Below the pieces are notes generated by a model that searched no databases, was not told the DNA's origin, and worked only from the letters and a program-made list of their open reading frames with translations. Shown in pieces: positions 8,709 to 17,409 of a stretch of 64,000 bases of DNA. Position 1 is the first letter of the stretch. The number at the start of each line of letters is the position of its first letter. Both the position numbers and the translations under genes were made by a program. Source of the DNA: a virus (lineage: Duplodnaviria; Caudoviricetes); IMG/VR virus record IMGVR_UViG_3300005535_000018, positions 39,500 through 103,499 of that record; one strand, given 5' to 3'.

Positions 8709-9926
8709 TCAGTCGGTGGTGCTGGTGCGGCCAGCTGCGCGCCGCACGGTGTTCAGCCGGGTGTCGGAGACGCCGAGGTCGGCGGCGATGTCCTTCCACG
8801 TCCGGGTCGGGTTGGCCTCCCGGAGGGCGTCGGAGCGGGCCAGCAGCTCGGCCGCGGGGATGCGCTCACGCTTGCCGGCGTCGCCGGACTTGCCGCGACG
8901 GCGGCGGGGAGCGGCCGGGGCGGGCGCCGGCTGGGCGGCACCGGCCGGCGCCGAGGGCGTCGTGACCCGGGCGGCGCGGCGGATACCGAACAGCCGACGA
9001 CGGTTGGCCCGCTCGACCGCATGGGCTTCCTCGATCTGGGCCGGGTCGATCCGCCGGGCGTAGATCGCGGCCAGCTGACCCAGCTGGGCCTGCGCCGAGA
9101 TCTCGTCGGCGAGCTGGTCCGGGTCGATGACCGACGTCATCAGCTGGGCGTTGTCGGCGCCGAGCACCCGGCCCAGGTCGGCGCGGATGATGCGCTGCAT
9201 GGCGGCGCGGCGGGCGTCGGCGGCCAGGGACTTGCGGGCTGCCTCGAGCGACCCGGCCCGGCCCAGGCCCGGGTCGGTGATGGCGTGCTGCTTCGCCCGA
9301 GCCACCAGCTTCGGTTGGGTGAGGGTGAGCCACGGCCCGTACAGCGGCGGCGGGTCGTCGATCTTGTTCTGCCGCCAGAGACTGTCGCGGCGGTTGAAGG
9401 CCGACTCGATCACGAACGTGACGAACCCGGCTGCGCTGAAGACGGCGAAGACCCCGGCCAGGAACGGGTTGACGACGTGGTGGCCCCACCAGTTGACCAG
9501 CACAGCGAAGCCGGAGAAGCCGGTCGACAGGGCGTAGGCGACGTAGGCGTTCTCGCCGAGGGCGCGCCGGTAGTTGGCGACGGCGGCGAATCCGACCGCG
9601 AAGCCCTCGACCGCGACGACGAAGACGATCGCGACGAACAGGGGCATCTTGGCGACCAGGTCGGTGGTGAGTTGGCCGGTCATGGCGACGACCACGGCCA
9701 GGACGTAGATGACCCGCAGGAGCCACTTGACGCCCCGGCCCTTCGTCTCGATCAGTCTGACCCGCTCGGCCCGGGCCTCGGCCCGGCGGCGGTCCAGCTC
9801 GGCCTGCTCGCTGCGGGTACGGGTTGGCGGTGCCAGGGCCGGGGTCAGGGTCGGGTGCCGGCCGTTGGGGGAGGTCGTGGCGGTGTTGGGTGTCGGTGGC
9901 ATGCCGGCCATCATCGACGCGGTCAT
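8709..9926 (-). CDS. Spd/DUF2637-like multi-TM spread protein with C-terminal HTH
   Basis: About 4 TM helices, a helical region and WKDIAADLGVSDTRL; upstream of TraB. Confidence 0.75.
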   Translation of the reverse strand: MTASMMAGMPPTPNTATTSPNGRHPTLTPALAPPTRTRSEQAELDRRRAEARAERVRLIETKGRGVKWLLRVIYVLAVVVAMTGQLTTDLVAKMPLFVAIVFVVAVEGFAVGFAAVANYRRALGENAYVAYALSTGFSGFAVLVNWWGHHVVNPFLAGVFAVFSAAGFVTFVIESAFNRRDSLWRQNKIDDPPPLYGPWLTLTQPKLVARAKQHAITDPGLGRAGSLEAARKSLAADARRAAMQRIIRADLGRVLGADNAQLMTSVIDPDQLADEISAQAQLGQLAAIYARRIDPAQIEEAHAVERANRRRLFGIRRAARVTTPSAPAGAAQPAPAPAAPRRRRGKSGDAGKRERIPAAELLARSDALREANPTRTWKDIAADLGVSDTRLNTVRRAAGRTSTTD

Positions 9927-10186
9927 CGGTCGCTCTCCCGCTCCTCGGTCAGGCCCGGCGTGGCGCTACCGGGACGATTCGTGTCGATGCGGTGCCAGCC
10001 GGGCAAAGGGGACCCGTCGAAGGCGACTGGGCTGTGGTAGCCCTGCCGGCCCTGCCGTCGGGCCGCCTCAGCCACCCCCCGCCGGTGCTCCGCGCACATC
10101 GGCCCGGCGGCCATGTCGCCGCCCGAGGCGACCCAGCAGCAGGCCCCCGACGCGGCCTCGGTGGTGGTGTGGCGTCTACCGAACAT
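9923..10186 (-). CDS. Hypothetical protein
   Basis: GGAGG RBS; coupled. Confidence 0.55.
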   Translation of the reverse strand: MFGRRHTTTEAASGACCWVASGGDMAAGPMCAEHRRGVAEAARRQGRQGYHSPVAFDGSPLPGWHRIDTNRPGSATPGLTEERESDR

Positions 10187-10466
10187 GAGTCGCCCTCCAC
10201 ATCACGAACACGGCGACCACGTCGAGCACGACAACCACGGCGAGCGCCCACGCCAGCGGGGCGACGCCGGCCGCCTGCAGGGCCAGGACCGCACCGACCA
10301 GACCCGCGGCGGCGAGCAGCAGAACGGCCGTCACCAACACCGCGCCCCACAGCCGCAGACGGCGGACCGTACGTTGCCGCCGGCCCGCCGGTGTCGCCTT
10401 CTCCCAGCGGCGCACCGCCGCCCGGGTGTACGGGTCGGTCTGACGGGCCCGCCTAAGCAGAGACAT
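10176..10466 (-). CDS. Small 2-TM membrane protein
   Basis: Two hydrophobic segments; GGAGG RBS. Confidence 0.7.
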   Translation of the reverse strand: MSLLRRARQTDPYTRAAVRRWEKATPAGRRQRTVRRLRLWGAVLVTAVLLLAAAGLVGAVLALQAAGVAPLAWALAVVVVLDVVAVFVMWRATHVR

Positions 10467-10731
10467 CGCCGACCTCCGGCCTGGTCTGGGACAGGAGCCG
10501 GCTGATGCGGGCGTGGTCGACCTCGAGGAGCCGCGCGATGTCCGCCTGGGCCTGGCCGCGGGCCAGGTCGGCGATCAGGTCACGTCGGAGCGCGGCCAGG
10601 TCGGCGGGAAGGGTGCGCCTGCTCCGTGCGTAGTCGGTGAGAGCTATCGCCCGGTCGGCGACGGGCTGGGCGACGTCACGAGCGATCGCGAGTAGGCGAA
10701 GCTCGCCCTTCGTCTTGGAGCCCTTGGCCAT
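10453..10731 (-). CDS. Small HTH protein; first gene of the transfer operon
   Basis: QADIARLLEVDHARISRLL. Confidence 0.75.
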   Translation of the reverse strand: MAKGSKTKGELRLLAIARDVAQPVADRAIALTDYARSRRTLPADLAALRRDLIADLARGQAQADIARLLEVDHARISRLLSQTRPEVGDVSA

Positions 10732-10764
10732 CCCGCCGACCCTCCCAGGATCTTGACACGTCAC

Positions 10765-10836
10765 GTCTAGACAAGCTAGACCAGCGTGTGACGCGACACG
10801 GCCAAAGTCAAGCCTCTCGGCTAAACTTGTCTAGAC
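10765..10836. promoter_or_regulatory. GntR/HutC-type operators in a divergent promoter region
   Basis: GTCTAGACAAG (10765-75) and CTTGTCTAGAC (10826-36); GTCTAGAC core. Confidence 0.75.
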
Positions 10837-10892
10837 CGGTGTGTTGGCTCATGATGGGGGGCGACCCGCGCCGCCGAGAAGGAGACGAGTAG

Positions 10893-11666
10893 GTGCCGCC
10901 TCAGCTATCCGTCCAGGACCAGATCGCCGCCGATCTGCGCCGAAAGATCACCACCGGGGTTCTCGGCCCTGGCGCCAAACTGCCCACCGAGCGGGGCCTG
11001 ATGGCGATCTACGGGACGGCGCGCAACACGGTCCGCTCTGCCCTGACCCTCCTGATCCAGGAGGGTCTGGTCACGAGCCGGCAGGGGCACAGCTACAGCG
11101 TCCGGGAGTACGCACCGTTGGACTGGTGGCCGGGCACCTTCGAGCACCAGGCCAGCCGCCGCGACACGGCTGAGGCGGGGGCTGACGCCTGGGCCGCCGA
11201 CGTGCAGGCGCAGGGCCACGAGGCCCGCCAGGAGGTCGATGTGTCGATCATCGTTCCGCCGGCCCGCGTCGCGGCGGAGCTCAAAACCCCGGACGGCGAG
11301 CTGGTCGTGGTACGCCGCCGCCGCCGCTTCGTCGACGGCGCCCTGGTCCAGTTGGCCGACTCGTACTACCCGTTGTGGGTAGCCGAGGGCACCCCGATCA
11401 TGACCCCCGGGGACGTAACGATTCCGGGCGGCCTGATGGCCGCCGCGGGGCAACGTCAGGCCCGCTACGTCGACGACATCATCAGCCGGATGGCGACCCG
11501 GGCCGAGGCGGTCCTGATGGACCTCGGCGCGGTGACGCCGATGATCGTGCACCTGCGGGTCGGGTACAACGTCGCTGGTCGGCCGGTGCGGGTCATCATC
11601 ACCACCGCCCCGGGCGACAAGCTGCGCATTCGGATGGAGTTCACTGACCCGGCGGTGACCGGGTGA
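10893..11666 (+). CDS. GntR-family repressor with UTRA domain (KorSA/TraR-like)
   Basis: GAKLPTERGLMAIYGTARNTVRSAL wHTH; QLADSYYP UTRA; divergent from tra. Confidence 0.92.
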   Translation: MPPQLSVQDQIAADLRRKITTGVLGPGAKLPTERGLMAIYGTARNTVRSALTLLIQEGLVTSRQGHSYSVREYAPLDWWPGTFEHQASRRDTAEAGADAWAADVQAQGHEARQEVDVSIIVPPARVAAELKTPDGELVVVRRRRRFVDGALVQLADSYYPLWVAEGTPIMTPGDVTIPGGLMAAAGQRQARYVDDIISRMATRAEAVLMDLGAVTPMIVHLRVGYNVAGRPVRVIITTAPGDKLRIRMEFTDPAVTG

Positions 11667-12259
11667 GTGTCTACTTGATCCGCTGCGCGACCGGCGCTGA
11701 CCTCGACGCTGTGCTCTCGCTGCGCCGTGAGGCCGAACGGTGGCTGGCCGAGAACGGCATCCGGCAGTGGACCGCCGACTACGACGAGTACGCCGTGGGG
11801 GTGCTGACCGCCTGGATCGACTCGGGCGCCGCCTGGGTGGTTGAGGATGACGGCGCGGTGGTGGCGACGGTGTCGGTGCACCGGCTGCCCGACCTCGACT
11901 TTTGGGGCTGGGCTGACCCGCTCGACCGCGCCGCCGCCCTGTACCTCGGCAAGATGATCGTTGCTCGGTCCCACGCCGGCCGGGGCATCGGCGACGCGAT
12001 TATGAACTGGGCCAGCCGGCGGGCCGTCGCCGCCGACCTCACCTGGGTTCGTCTCGACGTACGCCGCGACAACCTCCGTCTTCAGGGCTACTACGAGGAG
12101 CGAGGCTTCCGGCACCTACGGACCTGGCACGCCGCCGGGCGCCGCACCGAGTCGGGCTGGCTCGCCCAACGGCGGGCCGGAACGCTGACCGACACGCCAG
12201 CCCAGCTCGTCGAGGCGTGCCCGGCGGGTCATCGCGGGTCAGCAGCGAGAGAGGGGTGA
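11663..12259 (+). CDS. GNAT acetyltransferase
   Basis: VARSHAGRGIG; RLDV...NLRLQGYYEERGF. Confidence 0.9.
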   Translation: MSVYLIRCATGADLDAVLSLRREAERWLAENGIRQWTADYDEYAVGVLTAWIDSGAAWVVEDDGAVVATVSVHRLPDLDFWGWADPLDRAAALYLGKMIVARSHAGRGIGDAIMNWASRRAVAADLTWVRLDVRRDNLRLQGYYEERGFRHLRTWHAAGRRTESGWLAQRRAGTLTDTPAQLVEACPAGHRGSAAREG

Positions 12260-12544
12260 GATGAGGGCTGCGCGGCCGCTGGATCGGCGGCAAACGAGGC
12301 ACCGCCCGCCGAGGTGGCGGTACGGTGCCGGAAACGACAGATAGGCCGCATACCCGGACGGGCGTGCGGCAAACAGGCCAAATGTAAGGGCCGCCTAGGA
12401 GGGATCAACTCCTGGCGGCCCGAGAACCGAGACCCACGCACCCAAGCGATAAGGGGCTCCCTAACCGCTCGCGCGGTGAGGCTGTCTGGAGTCTAGCAAC
12501 GGGCTCCGGCGTTTCCTCAACCCCGCGCGGGGAGAGGAACGCAT

Positions 12545-12865
12545 ATGCAGTCTGACGACCAGGCTGTCGACCCCACCGACCAGCTCACCCCGATCGACGT
12601 CCTGTTTTCCGCCGTCTGTGACCGCCGCCTGTCCTGGGCCGCGCGAGGCGTCTACGCCTCCATCGCCGTCGCATTGACAGCCACCAACCGGGAGCTGAAC
12701 CTCACCGTCGACTGGCTTGAGAAGTACACGAGCGACGCGGACAGACCGCAGCCCGGCCTCGTCGTCGGCGCTCTCCAGGAGTTGGTCGACGCCGGCTACC
12801 TGAGGGCGGTCACCCAGTACGAGCCGGACCCCCGCGGCGGCGAGGCCGGCGGTGGTGGCGTATGA
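12545..12865 (+). CDS. Winged-helix protein, replication-initiator N-domain-like
   Basis: DRRLSWAARGVY...ALQELVDAGYL. Confidence 0.7.
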   Translation: MQSDDQAVDPTDQLTPIDVLFSAVCDRRLSWAARGVYASIAVALTATNRELNLTVDWLEKYTSDADRPQPGLVVGALQELVDAGYLRAVTQYEPDPRGGEAGGGGV

Positions 12866-13773
12866 GTCTTCAAGCGATCGCTTGGGTCCTGGAGGCCGCG
12901 CCTGACGTGCCACCTCACCTCGTCGCCGTCCTGGTCGGCTTGGCCAACCACGCCAACGAAGACGGCCGCAACGCCTACCCGAGCCAGGAGCTGCTGGCCT
13001 GGTACACCCGCAAGGGCGACCGGTCGGTGCGCAAAGACCTCGACGCGCTCGAGGAGCTGGGCCTGATCCGCCGCGGCAACCAGCGGGTCGTCGAGTACCT
13101 GCCAGCCGACAAGCGTCCGGTGGTGTGGGACCTCGCCCTCGACCAGCGGCGCGACCCCCGCCCCGCTCACGGCCAGCCGGGCCGGCCGACGGCAAACCCG
13201 CAGCTCAAGGCCGGCGAGGAAAACGGGGGGAACCACAGGCCCCCCGGATTGTTGGCCGACCCGGAAAACGGGGGGGCCTACAGTTCCGGGCGGGCCCTGG
13301 ATACAAATCGGGGGGGCCTACAGTTCCAAATCGGGGGGGCCTGTAGGCCCGCCGAACCGTACTTAGAACCGTACTTGAACCAAGAACCCCCTACCCCCCG
13401 CGCAAGCGCGGGGGAACCCGAATCGTCAGACCAAACCCGAACCCCCGGCCGGCCCTGCGGCCGCAATCACCCGGACACCGTCGCCTGCCGACCGTGCGGC
13501 ACCAACCCCCGGGCCCGGGCCGCGGCCGCCGAGCGGGGCCGGCTCAGCACACGCCGGCCCTGCCCTGCTCACCCCGGCCAGTTCGCGGACGGGTGCTCCG
13601 GCTGCCGTGCCGACGAGAAGGCCGGCACAGCCGTACCGGCACAGCGCGAGCCGCGCCGCCCCTGGTGCGGCCGGTGCCGCCGGAACAGCCGCATGGTCGG
13701 CACCGGCCGCAACTACCGGGCCTGCCCGACCTGCGGTGACGTCGCCGAGCCGGCCTCGTTGGGCGCTCCATGA
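12862..13773 (+). CDS. Phage/plasmid replication initiator (HTH_36-like) with Cys-rich C-terminus
   Basis: MSLQAIAWVL..VLVGLANHA...AYPSQELLA...LEELGLI; internal DNA repeats. Confidence 0.8.
   Translation: MSLQAIAWVLEAAPDVPPHLVAVLVGLANHANEDGRNAYPSQELLAWYTRKGDRSVRKDLDALEELGLIRRGNQRVVEYLPADKRPVVWDLALDQRRDPRPAHGQPGRPTANPQLKAGEENGGNHRPPGLLADPENGGAYSSGRALDTNRGGLQFQIGGACRPAEPYLEPYLNQEPPTPRASAGEPESSDQTRTPGRPCGRNHPDTVACRPCGTNPRARAAAAERGRLSTRRPCPAHPGQFADGCSGCRADEKAGTAVPAQREPRRPWCGRCRRNSRMVGTGRNYRACPTCGDVAEPASLGAP
13218..13380. repeat. Iteron-like repeats inside the initiator gene (putative origin)
   Basis: CGGGGGGGCCTACAGTTCC at 13269 and 13309, variants near 13229 (inverted) and 13332; GAACCGTACTT at 13354 and 13366. 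Confidence 0.75.
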
Positions 13774-14210
13774 CCGATCAACCCGCCGTGACGGCGGAGG
13801 CTGACCAGTTCCGGGCCGCCGCGGCCGAGGCCCGCGCCTGGGCCAAGGCGGAGGCCACCAAACCCGACTCCGTCGACCACGCCGAGGTCGAAGGCCCGCC
13901 CCGCTGGATCGTCGACTTCGTCCACCGCCACGACCACGCCCTAGTCAACGGCCCGCGCACCATCTGCCCCCACATCGGCGCCCACCCCCGCGTCGCGCAC
14001 GTCGCCCACTGGCGGCCCGGGTCGCTGGCCTGCACGCCCTGCGCCGAGGCCGGCTGGCTCGACCGTCTCGCCACCTACGAGCAGGCCATGACCTGCGCCG
14101 TGTGCGGCAACCACGGCACCGCCGCCACCATGTCCGGCGGCCGCGCCCAAAACGGGCCGTTCGTCCTCCACTTCGGCGTTCACAAAACCTGCTCCTGGAG
14201 CCAGCCATGA
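13770..14210 (+). CDS. Zinc-binding hypothetical protein
   Basis: CxH, CxxC, CxxC; coupled. Confidence 0.7.
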   Translation: MTDQPAVTAEADQFRAAAAEARAWAKAEATKPDSVDHAEVEGPPRWIVDFVHRHDHALVNGPRTICPHIGAHPRVAHVAHWRPGSLACTPCAEAGWLDRLATYEQAMTCAVCGNHGTAATMSGGRAQNGPFVLHFGVHKTCSWSQP

Positions 14211-14671
14211 CCAACCCACCGACCCGGCCCCCGGCCTCGGCCGAGGTCGCCGCGCACATGATCAAACGGGCCGAGGCCGACGCAACCCGCGCCCTCGACG
14301 CGGCCGCCGCCACCTTCGGCGGAACACCCACCGCCCTCACCGACCGCGCCCCCCTCTGGGCCCAGCCCTACATCGCCCGCCACAACGACGCCATGGACCG
14401 CGAGCACTACGTCTGCGAACACATCACCGGCCCCATCACCGCCATCCACATCGCGGTCTGGGCCCCCGGCTACGTGTGCTGCTCCGACTGCGCCGACATC
14501 GGCCTGCTCAGCTCCCTGTGCCCCCCGGCCGAGGCCCACCGCTGCGACGTGTGCGGCCGCGACTGCCCACCCCCGGCCGGCCTGCGCCACGGCATGCTCC
14601 GCGGCGGCCACGCCCTCATCCACTTCGGCTGCTGCGACCCCTGCAACGACTCGGGCGCCGTGACCCGGTGA
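14207..14671 (+). CDS. Zinc-binding hypothetical protein, paralog of 13770-14210
   Basis: Shares CxHI..WxPG..CxxCA..CxVCG..HFG. Confidence 0.7.
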   Translation: MTNPPTRPPASAEVAAHMIKRAEADATRALDAAAATFGGTPTALTDRAPLWAQPYIARHNDAMDREHYVCEHITGPITAIHIAVWAPGYVCCSDCADIGLLSSLCPPAEAHRCDVCGRDCPPPAGLRHGMLRGGHALIHFGCCDPCNDSGAVTR

Positions 14672-14994
14672 CCGCACCCGCGAGACCGTGGCTCCTCACC
14701 TGCTATGGCCAACCCGTCGACGGGTTCGAGGTGACCCTCGCCGAAGCGAAACGCCGCGCCAACGACCACATCCGCCACACCTGCCCCTACGGGCCGATGC
14801 CCTGGGCCGCGTTGATCTTCTGGTACCAGACCACCCTGCCCGAGCTGGGCGGCCGGTACGTCTCCTCCGGCGGCGGGTCGTGGCTCAACCACCACCTCAT
14901 CCCCATCCCCGCCGGGCCGGCCCAAGATCACCCGGCCGGACCCCCCTCCGTCGGCGCAGAGCCCGTGGCGAAGCGGCCCGGCGCGTCGCCATAG
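14668..14994 (+). CDS. Hypothetical protein
   Basis: GTGA overlap. Confidence 0.55.
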   Translation: MTAPARPWLLTCYGQPVDGFEVTLAEAKRRANDHIRHTCPYGPMPWAALIFWYQTTLPELGGRYVSSGGGSWLNHHLIPIPAGPAQDHPAGPPSVGAEPVAKRPGASP

Positions 14995-14999
14995 AGGCA

Positions 15000-15041
15000 G
15001 GAGACCTGTCACTATAAGATTGCTTATCCCGACAGGTCTCC
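15000..15041. other. Putative tyrosine-recombinase site (lox/dif-like)
   Basis: GGAGACCTGTCACTATAA-GATTGC-TTATCCCGACAGGTCTCC; 18-bp arms matching at 15/18; 6-bp asymmetric spacer. Confidence 0.7.
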
Positions 15042-15056
15042 AGGGGAGGAAGATCA

Positions 15057-15206
15057 ATGGCAGAGCAAGCGGCGACGGCCGAGCTGATCGGCCACTGCGA
15101 GGGCTGTAGCGAGCCGATCTATGCCGGGCAGCCCTACACCGAGGGCGAGGAGTTCCCGGGCGACCTGTGGCACGTCGACTGCCTGCCGGAGGGCGGCGAT
15201 GACTGA
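15057..15206 (+). CDS. 49-aa CxxC/HxxC mini-protein (not in ORF track)
   Basis: GGAGGA RBS; MAEQ..CEGC..WHVDC. Confidence 0.65.
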   Translation: MAEQAATAELIGHCEGCSEPIYAGQPYTEGEEFPGDLWHVDCLPEGGDD

Positions 15207-15612
15207 CGGCCAGTACATCCCGATCAAGGACCGGCCGGCGTTCGTGCGGAAGGTCGTCGCGGTGTGGCGGCTGCACCACCTCGCCCAGGGCGACGAGCTG
15301 GCGGTGTACCTGCCGGCCGACGAGTGGCCGCCCGGCGGGCCGGCCGAGGTGGCCGGGGCGATCGTCGAGCACCCCGACTGGTACGACCACCCGAACGGGG
15401 TCATGGTGATCGGGGGCGTCGCGGGGACGGTGCGGTTCGCGATCAGCGTTGCCCACCGGATGCTCGCGCCGATGTCGGCGGCCGACCTCGCCCTGTGCAC
15501 GGCGTTCGGGGAGCTCCCGACGAGCGGGGCCGACGACGGCAGCGTGTGGTTCGCGCCCGACCCGGCCACCGGTGCCGCGCCGGTGTTCGTGCTGCCGCGG
15601 GGCCGGCGATGA
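15199..15612 (+). CDS. Hypothetical protein
   Basis: GGAGG RBS; coupled. Confidence 0.65.
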   Translation: MTDGQYIPIKDRPAFVRKVVAVWRLHHLAQGDELAVYLPADEWPPGGPAEVAGAIVEHPDWYDHPNGVMVIGGVAGTVRFAISVAHRMLAPMSAADLALCTAFGELPTSGADDGSVWFAPDPATGAAPVFVLPRGRR

Positions 15613-15854
15613 CCGCCCCAGTCGCGGCGGCAGTCGATCTCGGCCCCTGTGCGGCCCCTTGGTGTGACCGGCCGGCCGTGGTCTACATGGCCGGCCCGAC
15701 CTACGGCCGTTCCCCTCGCCTGCTGCTCATCGGAGGGCAGCGGGCAGCGGAGCTGATGCAGGGCGACCCGCTCGCGGTCCGGTGCCTGGACTGCGTGTGC
15801 TGGGCCGTCGGCGACGTGTCCGGTGGGGAGAGGTGGCCCGGTGGCCGAGACTGA
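15609..15854 (+). CDS. Small Cys-containing hypothetical protein
   Basis: ATGA overlap. Confidence 0.55.
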   Translation: MTAPVAAAVDLGPCAAPWCDRPAVVYMAGPTYGRSPRLLLIGGQRAAELMQGDPLAVRCLDCVCWAVGDVSGGERWPGGRD

Positions 15855-15866
15855 GGACCGGTCGCG

Positions 15867-17132
15867 GTGAGCGCCCCCCGATCTGACGGGCATGCGGCGG
15901 TGTCGCGGGCCCTCGCCATGGCCCGGTCGCTGCGCGAAGAAGAAGAGATCATCGAAGCCGAGATCGTCGACTACGGGCCGGTGCCCACGACGAAGGCGCT
16001 GATCGCCCGCGGCCGGGTCCTGTTGGCTGACATGGGCCGCAACCCGGACGACTGGGTCGACCGGGCCACCGAGGAGGCGCTGCGGGTCAACGAGGTCAAG
16101 AACACCATCGACGTCATCCACTGGGGCTGGGCCCGGTGGGTTTGGTGGGGTGGGCTGCCACAGATAGGGGTGGCCACCGACCCGCCCAACGTGCGGCCCA
16201 ACGCCGTCCGCCGCTACATCGAAGCCCACAAGACGATGGCCCACCCGGACGGGACGCTGCGCGGGCGCCGCGGCCGGCCCTACTCGCCGAACGTGGTCGA
16301 GTTGGCCGTTGCGGTGATCTCGATGGTCTACAAGCGGCTGGGCTACCTCGAGTCGCCGACCCGCCACCCCAAGGTGCGCGAGCAGCTCGACGCCTACTGG
16401 GCGTGGTGGACCGGGCAAGGGTACGAGATCGACCAGGCCGACCCGATCACCCCCGCCGAGTCGGTGATCATCGCCCGCACACAGAACCTGGCCACCGTCG
16501 GCGGGTTGCGCAACGCCGCCGCGTTCCGGCTCCTGTTCGACCTGGGTTGCCGGCCGGCCGAGCTGCTCGCCCTGCAGATGGGCGACCTGCGTTGGCAGCC
16601 CGGCAACCGGCTCACCGTCACGATCCGCCGGTGGAAGACCAACCGGGAAGGCAAGAAACCCCGCCACGTCGGTGTCCAGGGCGACCCGGCCGTCGACTGG
16701 GACGTCGACCCCGAACGGCTCACCCGAACCTGGTGGGAGGCCCTCCAGTCGGCCGGGCACACCAGCGGGCCGCTGTTCCCGGAGGTCAACTCCGCCGTGC
16801 CGCGCCTGGACGGCCGGCTCGCCGGCACCATCACCAACCAGCCGTGGCTGTACGAGGCGTTGGCCCGGTCCTGGAATCGGGCCGTCAAAGCCACCGACCT
16901 CGCCCTGTGGACCGACCCGGTGACGGGCCGGCAGCGCAGGATCTCGCTCTACTCCAACCGCACCGGCCTCATCAGCGCCCTGTTCGCGCTCGGCGTGCCG
17001 CGCGAGGTGGTCGAGCGGCGCACCGGCCACGCCCCCGGCTCCGAATCGCTGAGCCGCTACGTGCGGTCGGGCGTCCAGTGGGACGAGAGCAACCCGGGCC
17101 TGATCGTTCGCCAACGGCAACTGGCGTCGTGA
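15867..17132 (+). CDS. Tyrosine recombinase, Cre-like
   Basis: LRNAA..LFDLGCRPAEL; IRRWKTN; YSNRTG; TGH..SESLSRY. Confidence 0.9.
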   Translation: MSAPRSDGHAAVSRALAMARSLREEEEIIEAEIVDYGPVPTTKALIARGRVLLADMGRNPDDWVDRATEEALRVNEVKNTIDVIHWGWARWVWWGGLPQIGVATDPPNVRPNAVRRYIEAHKTMAHPDGTLRGRRGRPYSPNVVELAVAVISMVYKRLGYLESPTRHPKVREQLDAYWAWWTGQGYEIDQADPITPAESVIIARTQNLATVGGLRNAAAFRLLFDLGCRPAELLALQMGDLRWQPGNRLTVTIRRWKTNREGKKPRHVGVQGDPAVDWDVDPERLTRTWWEALQSAGHTSGPLFPEVNSAVPRLDGRLAGTITNQPWLYEALARSWNRAVKATDLALWTDPVTGRQRRISLYSNRTGLISALFALGVPREVVERRTGHAPGSESLSRYVRSGVQWDESNPGLIVRQRQLAS

Positions 17133-17409
17133 CGGCCAGGTCATCGCTGCGGTGACCTGACCGGCATGGATGCCCCTTCCCGCGCGCCGTGGGGTCGAGA
17201 AACGGCACGCTCCCGGCGATGACGGGGGCCTACGCCGGGAGCGGCCAAGGGGGGTTGCTACTGGCCGCGACGCTAGACCGGAGGGCGTGATCGTTTGCCC
17301 GCGTCGCGGGCGCCCTCACCCAACCGTGTCGCGTGTTGATTGGATATTGCATGTCAGCTAGCCTCGACAACGATACCCACATGACGCAGCAGGGGAGGAA
17401 CCCACCACC

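Noticed and set aside
12260-12544. Structured ncRNA or antisense copy-control RNA before the replication genes
   Set aside because: Only a short hairpin (about 12345-12370) is evident; no family recognisable by eye.
15000-15041. Protelomerase telRL site
   Set aside because: The centre is asymmetric rather than a perfect palindrome, which fits lox/dif better.
15054-17144. Long antisense ORFs (also 21753-23201, 24862-26457, 32498-33904, 56484-58013)
   Set aside because: Shadow frames of well-supported genes in high-GC DNA, with no motifs.
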